64,000 bases of DNA. Source: Blepharisma stoltei ATCC 30299. Taxonomy: Eukaryota; Protista; Ciliophora. Made by a program: the position numbers and the translations under genes. Positions 1-13,264 of the stretch are shown one piece after another. The first letter of the stretch is position 1, and each line of letters opens with the position of its first letter. The notes beneath the pieces are model-generated. The model was not told the origin of the DNA. It did not search any database and worked only from the letters and a program-made list of their open reading frames with translations. The stretch lies in NCBI GenBank assembly GCA_965603825.1, contig CBFDEM010000042.1, forward strand, positions 1 through 64,000. The letters run 5' to 3'.

Positions 1-3000
1 TTACACCACCCTAACACCCTAACAACCCTAACACCCTAAACACCTAACACCCTACACCCTAACACCCTCACCACACCCTAACACCCTAACACCCCTAACA
101 CCCTAACACCCTAACACCCTAACACCCTAACACCCTAACACCCTAACACCCTAACACCCTAACACCCTAACACCCTAACACCCTAACACCCTAACACCCT
201 AACCCTAACACCCTAACACCCTAACACCCTAACACCCTAACCCTAACACCCTAACACCCTAACACCCTAACACCCTAACACCCTAACACCCTAACACCCA
301 CACCCTAACACCCTAACACCCTAACACCCTAACACCCTAACACCCTAACACCCTAACACCCTAACACCCTAACACCCAACACCCTAACACCCTAACACCC
401 TAACACCCTAACACCCTAACACCACACCCCTAACACCCTAACACCCTAACACCCTAACACCCTAACACCCTAACACCCTAACACCCTAACACCCTAACAC
501 CCTAACACCCTAACACCCTAACACCCTAACACCCTAACACCCTAACACCCTAACACCCTAACACCCTACACCCTAACACCCTAACACCCTAACACCCTAA
601 CACCCTAACACCCTAACACCCCTAACACCCTAACACCCTAACACCCTAACACCCTAACACCCTAACACCCTAACACCCTAACACCCTAACACCCTAACAC
701 CCTAACACCCTAACACCCTAACACCCTAACACCACCCTAACACCCTAACACCCTAACACCCTAACACCCTAACACCCTAACACCCTAACACCCCTAACAC
801 CCTAACACCCTAACACCCTAACACCCTAACACCCTAACACCCTAACACCCTAACACCCTAACACCCTACACCCTAACACCCTAACACCCCACACCCTAAC
901 ACCCTAACACCCCCCTAACACCCTAACACCCTAACACCCTAACACCCTAACACCCTAACACCCTAACACCCTAACACCCTAACACCCTAACACCCCCTAA
1001 CACCCAAACACCCTAACACCCTAACACCCTAACACCCTAACACCCTAACACCCTAACACCCTAACACCCTAACACCCTAACACCCTAACACCCTAACACC
1101 CTAACACCCCTAACACCCTAACACCCTAACACCCCTAACACCCTAACACCCCTAACACCCTAACACCCTAACACCCTAACACCCTAACACCCTAACACCC
1201 TACACCCACCCCCCTAACACCCTAACACCCTAACACCCTACACCCACACCCTAACACCCTAACACCCACACCCTAACACCCTAACACCCTAACACCCTAA
1301 CACCCTAACACCCTAACACCCTAACCACCCTAACACCCTAACACCCTAACACCCTAACACCCTAACACCCTAACACCCTAACACCCTAACACCCTAACAC
1401 CCTAACACCCTAACACCCTAACACCCTAACACCCTAACACCCTAACACCCTAACACCCTAACACCCAAACACCCTAACACCCTAACACCCTAACACCCTA
1501 ACACCCTAACACCCTAACACCCTAACACCCTAACACCCTAACACCCTAACACCCTAACACCCTAACACCCTAACACCCTAACACCCTAACACCCTAACAC
1601 CCTAACACCCTAACACCCTAACACCCTAACACCCTAACACCCTAACACCCTAACACCCTAACACCCTAACACCCTAACACCCTAACACCCTAACACCCTA
1701 ACACCCTAACACCCTAACACCCTAACACCCTAACACCCTAACACCCTAACACCCTAACACCCTAACACCCTAACACCCTAACACCCTAACACCCCTAACA
1801 CCCTAACACCCTAACACCCTAACACCCTAACACCCTAACACCCTAACACCCTAACACCCTAACACCCTAACACCCTAACACCCTAACACCCTAACACCCT
1901 AACACCCTAACACCCTAACACCCTAACACCCTAACACCCTAACACCCTAACACCACCCTAACACCCTAACACCCTAACACCCTAACACCCTAACACCCAA
2001 ACACCCTAACACCCTAACACCCTAACACCCTAACACCCTAACACCCTAACACCCTAACACCCTAACACCCTAACACCCTAACACCCTAACACCCTAACAC
2101 CCAACACCCTAACACCCTAACACCCCTAACACCCTAACCACCCTAACACCCTAACACCCTAACACCCTACACCCTAACACCCTAACACCCTAACACCCTA
2201 ACACCCTAACACCCTAACACCCTAACACCCTAACACCCTAACACCCTAACACCCTAACACCCTAACACCCTAACACCCTAACACCCTAACACCCTAACAC
2301 CCTAACACCCTAACACCCTAACACCCTAACACCCTAACACCCTAACACCCTAACACCCTAACACCCTAACACCCTAACACCCTAACACCCTAACACCCTA
2401 ACACCCTAACACCCCTAACACCCTAACACCCTAACACCCTAACACCCTAACACCCTAACACCCTAACACCCTAACACCCTAACACCCTAACACCCTAACA
2501 CCCTAACACCCTAACACCCTAACACCCTAACACCCTAACACCCTAACACCCTAACACCCTAACACCCTAACACCCTAACACCCTAACACCCTAACACCCT
2601 AACACCCTAACACCCTAACACCCTAACACCCTAACACCCTAACACCCTAACACCCTAACACCCTAACACCCTAACACCCTAACACCCTAACACCCTAACA
2701 CCTAACACCCTAACACCCTAACACCCTAACACCCTAACACCCTAACACCCTAACACCTAACCCCTAACACCCTAACACCCTAACACCCTAACACCCTAAC
2801 ACCCTAACACCCTAACACCCTAACACCCTAACACCCTAACACCCTAACACCCTAACACCCTAACACCCTAACACCCTAACACCCTAACACCCTAACACCC
2901 TAACACCCTAACACCCTAACACCCTAACACCCTAACACCCTAACACCCTAACACCCTAACACCCTAACACCCTAACACCCTAACACCCTAACACCCTAAC

Positions 3001-3877
3001 ACCCTAACACCCTAACACCCTAACACCCTAACACCCTAACACCCTAACACCCTAACACCCTAACACCCTAACACCCTAACACCCTAACACCCTAACACCC
3101 TAACACCCTAACACCCTAACACCCTAACACCCTAACACCCTAACACCCTAACACCCTAACACCCTAACACCCTAACACCCTAACACCCTAACACCTAACA
3201 CCCTAACACCCTAACACCCTAACACCCTAACACCCTAACACCCTAACACCCTAACACCCTAACACCCTAACACCCTAACACCCTAACACCCTAACACCCT
3301 AACACCCTAACACCCTAACACCCTAACACCCTAACACCCTAACACCCTAACACCCTAACACCCTAACACCCTAACACCCTAACACCCTAACACCCTAACA
3401 CCCTAACACCCTAACACCCTAACACCCTAACACCCTAACACCCTAACACCCTAACACCCTAACACCCTAACACCCTAACACCCTAACACCCTAACACCCT
3501 AACACCCTAACACCCTAACACCCTAACACCCTAACACCCTAACACCCTAACACCCTAACACCCTAACACCCTAACACCCTAACACCCTAACACCCTAACA
3601 CCCTAACACCCTAACACCCTAACACCCTAACACCCCTAACACCCTAACACCCTAACACCCTAACACCCTAACACCCTAACACCCTAACACCCTAACACCC
3701 TAACACCCTAACACCCTAACACCCTAACACCCTAACACCCTAACACCCTAACACCCTAACACCCTAACACCCTAACACCCTAACACCCTAACACCCTAAC
3801 ACCCTAACACCCTAACACCCTAACACCCTAACACCCTAACACCCTAAACACCCTAACACCCTAACACCCTAACACCC
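1..3877 (+). repeat. Telomere, (CCCTAACA)n C-rich strand; chromosome end
   Basis: About 480 tandem copies of the 8-mer CCCTAACA from base 1, with occasional variant units. This is the telomere repeat known from heterotrich ciliates (Stentor, Blepharisma). Confidence 0.97.
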
Positions 3878-4393
3878 AATTATAATCAAATATAACTATT
3901 GAATTGGAATTTTTACTTTTTATAGTAAAATTCTGAATTTATCACAAAGAAAATTAAAATGCTAAATTTCTGGCACAATTTATAAAAATTGCTTTTTTCC
4001 AAATTCCTTTTATTAATTATATTATAAATTGCTCTGCCTCTCATCAGCTAGTCTATATTATCGTTTAAAATTGATTTATAGTCAGCAATATTTTTGTGTT
4101 GAGAATAAAATTTCTCTTACTAGTTGTACAGAAGCCGGTCTAAAGCAAAATATATGCTCTCTTAAAAGCACGAAAAACAAAAATTTTAGAATACCTTTTT
4201 GCAATTTCCAAGTTAAAGAGGAAGTCAGCAAAAAGTTTTGGAATATCAAGAAATCTGCTATAAAAATACTAAATACTAATTAAAAGGTAAAAATACATAA
4301 AAACATTAATTAGCCTTATTCCATTTTCTCCATAGGTTACACAATTGAAATTTTAAACGTTTTCTTTTTTTAACAGCTCTTATTCATAAGTGA

Positions 4394-4972
4394 TTAGCTA
4401 TTAATAAAATTGCTTTTCTTATCAGAGGTTTTATTTCGTAAAGCCTCATCACTACTATCTTCTTCCTCTTCTTCCTCCCTGACTTTTTTGTTCAATCCAA
4501 CATAAACCGCTGCCTTTATAAATTTTACAGTCATAGGTGGCTTTTCTGGAGATTCTTCACTAAAAACACTTTCAAAGTTATTTCAAGCTTGTTTTTCTGA
4601 CTGCACTGAATTTCCAATGGTTTCAATAGCTCCATGCTGCATCAGCAGCTTCTTCATTTCTTCATTCTTTAGAAAAATTGCTAATTTTAAAGGTGATTCA
4701 TTATGCTAATTTATGCTTACAGCATCAAGAACATTAATATCACAGCCTGCAGTAATCAATTCTTCCGCAAAGACTTGGTTATTGAATCAAACAGCTAAAT
4801 GGAGAAGAGTCCATTTGTTCTGATTATTTTATACAGTTTCTATCTCCAGGTTTAAGTCAGCCTCGTTAAGTCTGATGGACTGTTTTTTTCTGATGGCTTC
4901 AACTAATTCATAAATCTGAATATAAACTACCCGCTTATCATTTTTTGAAGGTCCTCTGTGCATGTTCCCCAT
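4394..4972 (-). CDS. Small ankyrin-repeat protein with N-terminal MG (possible myristoylation); 3-4 micro-introns; missed by ORF track
   Basis: ATG at 4972. 15-nt GT..AG introns at 4916-4930, 4820-4834 and 4706-4720, plus a probable in-frame one at 4514-4528. Spliced product: MGNMHRGPSKNDKR/IYELVEAIRKK...LNLEIET/NKWTLLHLAVW(TGA)FNNQVFAEELITAGCDINVLDA/HNESPLKLAIFLKNEEMKKLLMQHGA..., TAA at 4394-4396. TLLHLAV..L+..G.D+N is the ankyrin consensus. Confidence 0.85.
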
Positions 4973-5049
4973 TGTTATAGGTATTCTGCTATAATCTTTT
5001 GAATATGGAGTTAAAAAACAAGGTATTATATTATGATTATAAGGAAATG

Positions 5050-5292
5050 TTATTTATTTTGTGACGTAGGGGCTGCTTCATGCATTGGGTATTCTTGCTT
5101 ATACTTTTCTAAGTCTATCAGGAATTTTCCTCTGTGTTTATCTGTCTTGAGGCACTCATGATACACTTTTAGCTGCTCTTCGCAAGGAACCATTGGCCCT
5201 TTGACTTTTCCAGCGAAATATTCAGTATCCAGTCATATTTGAAAACATTGGTCATATGCTGCACGAAGCTCTTTGCATTTATCATCACCCAT
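5050..5292 (-). CDS. MDM35: Mdm35/TRIAP1-family twin CX9C mitochondrial intermembrane-space protein (80 aa); missed by ORF track
   Basis: MGDDKCKELRAAYDQCFQIW(TGA)LDTEYFAGKVKGPMVPCEEQLKVYHECLK...; matches the TRIAP1 pattern C..(L/M)+..YDQCF..W.....L.G.....C......Y..C, and the conserved Trp is encoded by TGA. Confidence 0.85.
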
Positions 5293-5491
5293 TTAATGTT
5301 GAAATTTATTTTAATGCTTCCGAATTTACGCATTAATATATATATGATGGATATGAAAATCCAACAAATGAGATAAAAAATCAGTATTGATGTTTGGGCA
5401 ATTAAATCATTTTTGAAAATACGAAATTAGTTAGGCTATATATTCAAATGATTTGCATTGTCTGTAATTATTCTTGAGATGATTGATTAAA

Positions 5492-5815
5492 TTAAATACC
5501 ACGGTCTAAGTCCATTGGAGAGCTTGCTTCTCCATTTGTGACCATAGTAAGGCTTCTTATAAGGTTTTCTTGTTCCTGTTTTCTTTTTCTAAGGATTTCT
5601 AGTTTTTGGGTCAAAATATCTTTTTCTGGGACTGAATCATTGACTTCTTTGATAAGATTCTTAATGCTGTTTATTTCAGATGCTAATTTTTGACTTGTTT
5701 TTTCAAATTGCTGAAGATCTTCATCACCTTTAATATCGTTTAGTGCTTTTTTAACTGTATTTTTCAATGTGAGAAAAGCATCGCTGATTTTTCTTTCCAT
5801 TTCATACTCGTCCAT
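5492..5815 (-). CDS. Small coiled-coil protein (107 aa), function unknown
   Basis: Clean ATG..TAA ORF with host codon usage and heptad pattern; no family recognised with confidence. Confidence 0.7.
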   Translation of the reverse strand: MDEYEMERKISDAFLTLKNTVKKALNDIKGDEDLQQFEKTSQKLASEINSIKNLIKEVNDSVPEKDILTQKLEILRKRKQEQENLIRSLTMVTNGEASSPMDLDRGI

Positions 5816-6023
5816 CTTCTAATAATTATATAAAAGTGACTTAATTTTTATAAAATTTAATTTCCTTATGGTAAAGCCAACTGAAAATTCTTAATATTCA
5901 AGCAAATTTACTTAATATTTATAAAGGCAGAATATCATTATTTTGCAATATCAGCTTTAAAATATTTTAAAAATTCATCTAGTTTGATTAATTAATATAT
6001 GTGACTGTAAAATTTAAGCATAA

Positions 6024-7034
6024 ATGGAATCAACAGAGGAAGAGCCTGTATTGATTTCTCAAAATGACTCGAATTATCTTCCAATAAGGAACGGCTACAC
6101 ATCAAGAAGATCCTTACTTAACTCACAAGAACGATTAATCCTGGCAAGCTCATCAATTGAGAATATGCCAGGTGGATGGCTCTATAGAAATTTTATGAAG
6201 AGACGTATAATGTTTCTAAGAACATTAAACATTTTTGGCATATTTTTGGAAATAAGTGGATTTATTGCTGGTGAATATCTCACTGACTTTGGAACAGACA
6301 TTTCTTCAACATATGAGACGCCTTTTACTCTTGATGACTGATTTGAGTTTTCGCTCTGGGTTTTTATACTGTCATTATCAGTATTTCTACTCCCTGTGCT
6401 TTTTAAAAAGACTGAAAACTCAATATCATTTTTGACTGAAAAATTAAAATTTTATCATTTTCCTGTGTGTGCATTTTTGGGGATTTATTTTTTTTCGAAG
6501 CAATTTTATGATAATGAGCTATCATATATAATAGTTAATGATATTTTGCTATTCTTGATCGCTGTTTTTGTGTTTTATATATATTGAAAAGTGAAATACG
6601 AAGAAGATGGAAGATATAGAGTTTCTTGGATTGAGTACATAGGAATTCATTTACAATTTTCTGTTTTAGTTTCTTTTGTCCTCGTAGAACTGTGTAGATC
6701 AGTATTGATGACTATAATTAAGGTCAAAAAAATAGACAACAGAGAGCTGTTTGGGCTGGATTTTGATGAGTGAACAATAATTGTAATGGCTTTTGCATTT
6801 GTTCTTGGAGTGATATTTTTGACAATGTATAAAGATATTTATTTCGCTGGAGTTTTAGGGTATAATTTCTTTGGAGTCTTTGTAGTTCAAGCTACAGATG
6901 AATGTATAAAAAGCAATTGCAGTGAGCGCGTACAAGAAGCTTCATTGGTACTTGGCTGTTTGACGTTTGGGTTTATTATCCTCACAATTGGATTTTATCC
7001 TAGACTTATTTGCTACAATTTAAGATCAAGTTAA
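6024..7034 (+). CDS. Multi-pass membrane protein (336 aa)
   Basis: The four ORF-track pieces (6024, 6396, 6591, 6786) are in one frame and separated only by TGA (=Trp). About 7-8 hydrophobic segments; ends in TAA. Confidence 0.85.
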
Positions 7035-7280
7035 GATTCTATTATATCGCTGTATAATCTATCTATCTTATAATGGACACCTTCTACATGTATTAAATTA
7101 ATCTAGTTTTTTTATTTAGAGAAAATTTTTAAACTCTTAATTCTCACTGTTCTAATTATGAAATTAATTATTCTAAATATATTGGTTATCGTTTTCCTGT
7201 TGATATAATTTATAATTTTGTTGTAATTATATTAGTAATTTTAAAATAAATTATAGTATGAATTTCAAAAATATGAAGAA

Positions 7281-8351
7281 TTAATCACTCAATTGAGATT
7301 GACTTGATACTCTTCTAAAATAATTTCGCCTTCCTTCAATTATTTCTTCCAATAAGGAGCTATTTTTTCGCGATTTCTTTATTGCAATTGATAAAGGGCT
7401 AACCACATCCAAATGGTCAATTTCAATACTTCTTAGTCTTCTATTTTTAGGCTTGAAGCTTGAATTTCCAAATGAATTTTGCCCAGCTGTCCTCGGCTTA
7501 TTAGAGCTTCTCAGATTTCTGCTTTCTTTCGGGTTTATCAGCATTTCTATTTTTTTAGATAAAATATCCCCACTGGATTTTTCTCTTGAAAATACGCTCC
7601 CTTTCAAAAGTCTTTCAGATATTCTGACGCTTCCAATAGGTGCTTTAAATAGAGAAGGAATACTTCTGGCAGAAGATTTATGAAATAATGATTCTTCTGG
7701 CTTAAAATATTGTATCATCCAAGGAGAATATTGAGGTTTCGCTCCTTCTTTATAATGAAGTCTTCCAGATAAATTCAGCTGGTTAAACCACTGTGATTTT
7801 AGCAGGTGCCCATGGATCTGCTTTAAAACTCTGACGTACTCTATTACTAAAGTGCTTCTAGTAAATGTGTCTAGGCACTCAAAGAATCCATCATAGAAAT
7901 CAGATAACCCTAAGCATTCAGAGTCTCCAAAATCAATTTTCATATCAGTTAAAACCATTGATTTTACTGACTGTTCTTCTGTGGAGGCATTCAATATCTC
8001 AACATATATGATTTCATATAAACTAAAATAAACTTTTTTCGAGATTCCTGGCATCTTAATAGGGTTGATTAAATTCCATAAACTTAGGAAAGTTTTGAAC
8101 AAAACTTCGTTTCTTTTTAGCATCAATCTCTTATAGAGATGACTAAATAAATAACCGTCCACTACATCTAGCTTCTTCTGATAAATAATTGCAAGCATAT
8201 CCTCTCCGCTGGTGGGCTGGTAGTCAATAATACTTGTAGGAGGCGGGGTTGCAGTTTTCCTAAAAACTCTTCATTTATTTTTATTTGATCTTGAGGTAGA
8301 ATACTCTCTTGTGATGATATGGACTTCAGCAACTAATGCATTTTCCATCAT
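7281..8351 (-). CDS. Hypothetical protein (356 aa)
   Basis: ORF 7281..8198 extends in frame through one TGA to ATG 8351 (MMENALVAEV...NKW(TGA)RVFRK). Confidence 0.75.
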
Positions 8352-8389
8352 AAAATTTTTTTATTAATTCTACTTATTTACACTCATTT

Positions 8390-10594
8390 TTAAAAAAACT
8401 GTTTGCCTAAAAGCTTTATTTTTGCTGTCCCTATTTCCATTTCGAGGTCCTCTACTTCTCGCTTTTTTAAAGAAAGGACTTCTTTCATCATTTCTCGCTC
8501 AGTCCTTATTTGGCTCATTTCACTATAAAGCCTTTCAAGCCTTTTGGTTCTTCTCTATATAGCATTTACTCTTAATCGTTTTTTGTGTTTGTCTATTTCT
8601 ATAGGGTCTATATAGTATTGGCTTTCTGCATTTCTGAATTCATTTAATTTTTGGATCAATTTATTCCGAATTTCTTCCTTAAAATTTTTCCTTTTGGAGA
8701 GGCTGTCCTCATTTCTTTTTTTAATTTTTCTTATAGCTTCTTCACGTATTTTCCTGTTATTTTGGATTATTTCTGCTTTTTTGTCTTCGTATTCAATTTT
8801 CATTTCAGCTAATTCTTGCTCTTTGTCTAACTGAAACTCATGGGCTTCATCAATTTTCTTTTTCAGTTGGTCTCGCTTGTAGCATTTAAGCTCATCCAAT
8901 CTTTTTTGTACATAATCCATCATTTCTTTGCTGGAAAAATAGCTGCCATTAGATGGGTCAGAGTAATACCTGTCTTTTTGTTCTAGCTGGGATTTCAAAA
9001 TTTCAGCATTAATTTCAAGCTCAGAAAGCTCAGATCGTTTATTGTATTTTGACTGTAAAATTTCGTCTTTTATTTTTTTCAAATAAAGCTGTAGTGATGA
9101 TAGGTTTTTGTCTCTTTCGTTAATGTCCATGGTTTTTTGTTTGACATCAGTTCTGATATTTTCCAGATTTTTCTTATAAACTTTGACTTCAGCTGTTTTT
9201 TCCATTAAATCTTTTTGCATGTTTGTTATTTTTTCTAGTAAAATTGCAGTTTCATTCGAGCTTTGGATTCTCTCAAGCTCGAAATTGATGTCAGACAGCT
9301 TTAGCAGCATTTCTTTTTCAGCTGAAAATAGCGTGGCTAGCTCTTTTCGTTTTTCAGTGATTTTTTCCTCTAATTCTTTAACTTTTTGGTTAAAAGTTGC
9401 TATTCCTTGCAAGCTTTCTCGTATGCTTGCTTTTGTTTTTATGGTTTCTTCTACCTTAAGAGAGATTTTTTTCTGCAGTTTTTTAATATTCTGTTTAAAA
9501 GGCGTTGTATTATATTTTGGTTCTTCTTTTTCCTCCTCTTTGGCTTCTTCTTTAGCCTCTGACTCAGTTGCTGCTGTTGTTATGGTAGCATTATCTTCAC
9601 TACTAAAAATTGGCTCTTTATTTTCATTTGGCGGCTCTTCATTAATGACTTTATATCCTTCCGTCACCACTTCTGGCCCCATAATGCTTTTAAGGCTTTT
9701 TAATACTGGCTCTTGTACCATAGTTTCTCTTATTGGGGGAATCTCAGTTAGCCATCTATCATTTTTAGTTTCAGTCGCTGTAATTCGGTCAGCTGGATTT
9801 TTTTCAAGCATTTTGGTTACCAGCTCTTTAGCTAAAGGTGGAAAATTCAAAGGAAATTTCACTTTTGCGTTAACAATATTATTCAGCATTTGGTCTTTTG
9901 CTGGAGTTCTAAAAGGAGTAGTCCCAGTCAGCATCTCATATAACAGAACTCCTAAACACCATATATCAGCCGCAGTGCTATGCCCAGTTTCCTGCACCAT
10001 TTCAGGTGGCAAATACTCTAGAGTCCCACACGTGGTAAATCTTGGCGCATTTGTGTCTGTTGAATAATAATTCGACCATCCAAAATCTGTAAGTTTTATT
10101 CGGCCATCTTTATCTAAAAGGATATTCTCTGGCTTTATATCGCGGTGTATTATGGCAGGCACGTGCATGTGCAAGTATTCAACAGCTAATAATACTTCTC
10201 TAAAATACTGAGCAGCGACTTTTTCTAAAAAGTTTCTTTCTCTATATAATCTATGATATAAATTCCCACCCTCTGCCAGCTCCATTATTAGGAAAAAGTT
10301 CTTTTCGTCCTCAAAATGATTGTATAGCTTTATTATATGAGGGTGATTTAATTCGTACATGATTAGAAGCTCTCTTTTGAATTGGGGAATCATTTTGGCT
10401 ACGTTTTGTTTTGGGACTTGTTTAAGCGCATATAATTTGTTAGTGGCTTTATGCTTTATTCTTCAAACTTGTCCAAATGCTCCGTCGCCTAATTTTCTCT
10501 CAAAATCGAAGTCGCTGCGCTGCAGTTCTTTTTCTTCACCGTTAAAGACTGAAGGAGATTCAAATAGAAGTTTTGTGAAGTTTTTCTTGTTCAT
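8390..10594 (-). CDS. Aurora-like Ser/Thr protein kinase with long C-terminal coiled coil; one 15-nt intron (8555-8569)
   Basis: ATG 10594; LGDGAFGQVW(TGA), YALK, HRDIKPEN, and DFGWS..CGTLEYLPPEM (Aurora-type). Removing gtaaatgctatatag restores the frame to TAA 8390-8392. Confidence 0.92.
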
Positions 10595-11256
10595 ATTAGT
10601 TTAGAGCTGAAATGGATAATTTGATTATAACGATAGCTTTTAATTACGAAATTCAGAGAAATATACAGGAAGAAGCTGAGATTACTTTGGAAAATAAGTG
10701 CAGAAGTTAATGCGATTAATGAGACCGTTAGAGATTAAAGTGGGTGATATTTATAAAGAAGAAAAGCTTAACAGAGCTCGGAAAATTAGAAAAAGCGGCA
10801 ATTCAAGTTTTCTATAGTTATTATATGTTGGGAAATAAAGGCTTAAGAATAAGAGAAGTAGAATATAAAAATTTTTAAATTATTTAAAAAGGGATTTTAA
10901 ATGAATATACCACTTCGAAATCCCACCAGCTTAAAAGTGTTTAATAAAATATCGATTTTTATATTTAAATAAGGAAGTCAAAATTAATATAAGAAAATTT
11001 CTATTTTGAAAAACCTGATATCCTTCAGAAAATCTTTGCAAGTAGAATTTTATATTTTCTAAATATTTAAGATACGTCTATACTGATAAAGAGATATTTC
11101 AGCTCTTAGGATTATAAACTCTTATATTACTATTCAATTTATAGCAATACAAAAATATGAAAATAAGGCAATTATCGTTAAATTATATGCAGCTATCCTA
11201 ATTTTACCTAAAGCCTATGACAAAAACTGGATACCATTTCTAACTTCTAATGTAAA

Positions 11257-11922
11257 ATGGAGCCTCGGCTGAAAAAGACCTATCAAGATCATCTTAACGC
11301 CAACGCAAAACGAATTATTTGTCGATTTAAATCTAAAGTTGGCCACACAATGTCGAAATCCCTTCTTGAAAAGCTTCCAAAACCTCAAACATCAAAACCA
11401 TCAGTTCTATCTCACACTAACAGTAATCATCCATTCTCAACAGCAATCCCTTCATATCCTCGCTTACAAAAATTACCAATCTCCCATAGCTTCAAGCAAA
11501 AACCTAAGTCTTCACAGACCATGAGAAGCACTTCCCAAGAGTCAAAACCAACCCTAAGGCTAAATCTCAAAGAAATTCTTCACAAAAAATCATTTGAAAA
11601 TCCAAAATCAGATCGGCTTATTTACATCCAGCCTATCCCTAAACCTTTAAAGCATAGCAAAGCTATGAGTCTTGAAAACTCATTTGCAGGGCCAATCCCT
11701 AAAATTTGTAAAACAAGCCGAGAATATATAAATACATCAAAAGATGATAAAGAAAACGTTGAGGAAAACTATGATATTTATAGGACAGAAATACTAGAAA
11801 TATCAAAGGAGAAATTATTAAAGTCGCCTAATATCCAAGCTCTTTGTAAAAACAGCTTTGAAATGTCTTTAGAAGAACTAGAGCCCAAGCTCACTATGTT
11901 TTATAACAGTTTACCATTATAA
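11257..11922 (+). CDS. Hypothetical basic low-complexity protein (221 aa)
   Basis: ATG in AAAATG context, TAA stop, host codon bias. Confidence 0.7.
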   Translation: MEPRLKKTYQDHLNANAKRIICRFKSKVGHTMSKSLLEKLPKPQTSKPSVLSHTNSNHPFSTAIPSYPRLQKLPISHSFKQKPKSSQTMRSTSQESKPTLRLNLKEILHKKSFENPKSDRLIYIQPIPKPLKHSKAMSLENSFAGPIPKICKTSREYINTSKDDKENVEENYDIYRTEILEISKEKLLKSPNIQALCKNSFEMSLEELEPKLTMFYNSLPL

Positions 11923-11924
11923 AT

Positions 11925-12617
11925 TTACATGTTAATTTTAACATACTCTTCTCGCAGTTTTCGAATTTCTTCTTGTCTTTTCAAGTCAAGCTCTTGGCTT
12001 ACTTTTTCGATTTCTTCGTCCATATCATATTTCATTTGTTCCATAACTTTTACAATTAGGCCTTGCTGGCCTTCAATTTCGCCTTGTCCTTCTAATTCTC
12101 TCATTTGTACTTCATATGCAATTTTTATTTCTGAAATTTTATTTACTTTTTCATTCAAACTTCGGTCCATTATGGCTTCTAAATCCCTTATCAGCCCTTG
12201 GTCAATGATTTTTCTGTTTCTTTCAGAATTTATTCGCTTTTGTATGATATCTGGGTCGTCTTCTTCTAAAATTTCAATTTCTAATTTCGGCTTTGGCCTT
12301 GGGGGTTTTTTAGTGTATTTTTGAGGATTTAAAGCTTGGGTAACCTGAGGCTTCTGCAGCATCTTATGCATTCGTTCCTGAATTTCATGGAATCTTAAAT
12401 CTTCGTTAATTTCAAAACTTTCTATAGCTTTGGAATATAAAGCTATAAGCTCATGAATAGTTTTTAATTCGAAATTTTTTTCTAGTTCCTTTTCTTTAAT
12501 ATCGATTTGTAGCAAAAGGATTTGAATTGGCTTTGAAACGGCAGCTTCAATAATTCTTACATCTGGGCATTTGCTTCGGTCTCGGGTAGATCTTTTGTTA
12601 GAAAGGCGTCTCGACAT
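11925..12617 (-). CDS. Hypothetical coiled-coil protein (230 aa)
   Basis: Clean ORF, E/K/Q-rich helical C-terminus; stop lies 2 nt from the stop of the convergent gene. Confidence 0.75.
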   Translation of the reverse strand: MSRRLSNKRSTRDRSKCPDVRIIEAAVSKPIQILLLQIDIKEKELEKNFELKTIHELIALYSKAIESFEINEDLRFHEIQERMHKMLQKPQVTQALNPQKYTKKPPRPKPKLEIEILEEDDPDIIQKRINSERNRKIIDQGLIRDLEAIMDRSLNEKVNKISEIKIAYEVQMRELEGQGEIEGQQGLIVKVMEQMKYDMDEEIEKVSQELDLKRQEEIRKLREEYVKINM

Positions 12618-13264
12618 GGATTGCAGATTAATTATTTATTTTTTTGAGTAAATGGAAACATAGGAAAATGCTTGCAGACAAAACCATTGAATATTGAGGA
12701 AAATTTAAAAATTAAAGTATTAAAATTTTATTCGTAAACATATGGAAATATTGTTAAAATTCAAATTAATAGGTAAGAAAAACCGATTTAAGCTTTGAAT
12801 AAAGAGGGAAAACAATATAATTAAATAAGAGAACAATATTATGGAGAAAGTGAATGGGAATTAAGATGATATTAATATAAAGTTAAATTAAGTATATTTT
12901 TTCATTATTCTCCAGATTATATTTAATTAAAATTTCAATTAGTAGCTTAATTTAAAGAAATCTTTCTTTCTGCAACTCAAGCCCCCAGCACTTAAAATTT
13001 TAGTTTCAGATTGGATCTGACTATATAGGAGACAATAAGATGCCACGTGCTAATTAACAGAGATAGAAAACCGCTTAGTTTTCACATCGTCACTTCTAAA
13101 ACCCACAGGCTAAAAACAGTCAGTTTATTTTTAAATTATCTAATAATCAATAACCAAAAATTAATAATAACACATATATATATATTTAATCACAACTATT
13201 CAAGAAAACATTATTATATCGATAAATATAATCTTCTATCTAAAATTTCAGATTTATCAGCACA

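Noticed and set aside
4029-4283. 84-aa subtelomeric ORF
   Set aside because: TTG start, AT-rich, no recognisable motif.
9183-10067. 294-aa plus-strand ORF and similar antisense ORFs (e.g. 11929, 22543, 25636, 26019, 31428, 36748, 38493, 42469, 46325)
   Set aside because: These are S/F/L-rich shadow frames opposite well-supported genes, expected from E/K-rich codon usage.
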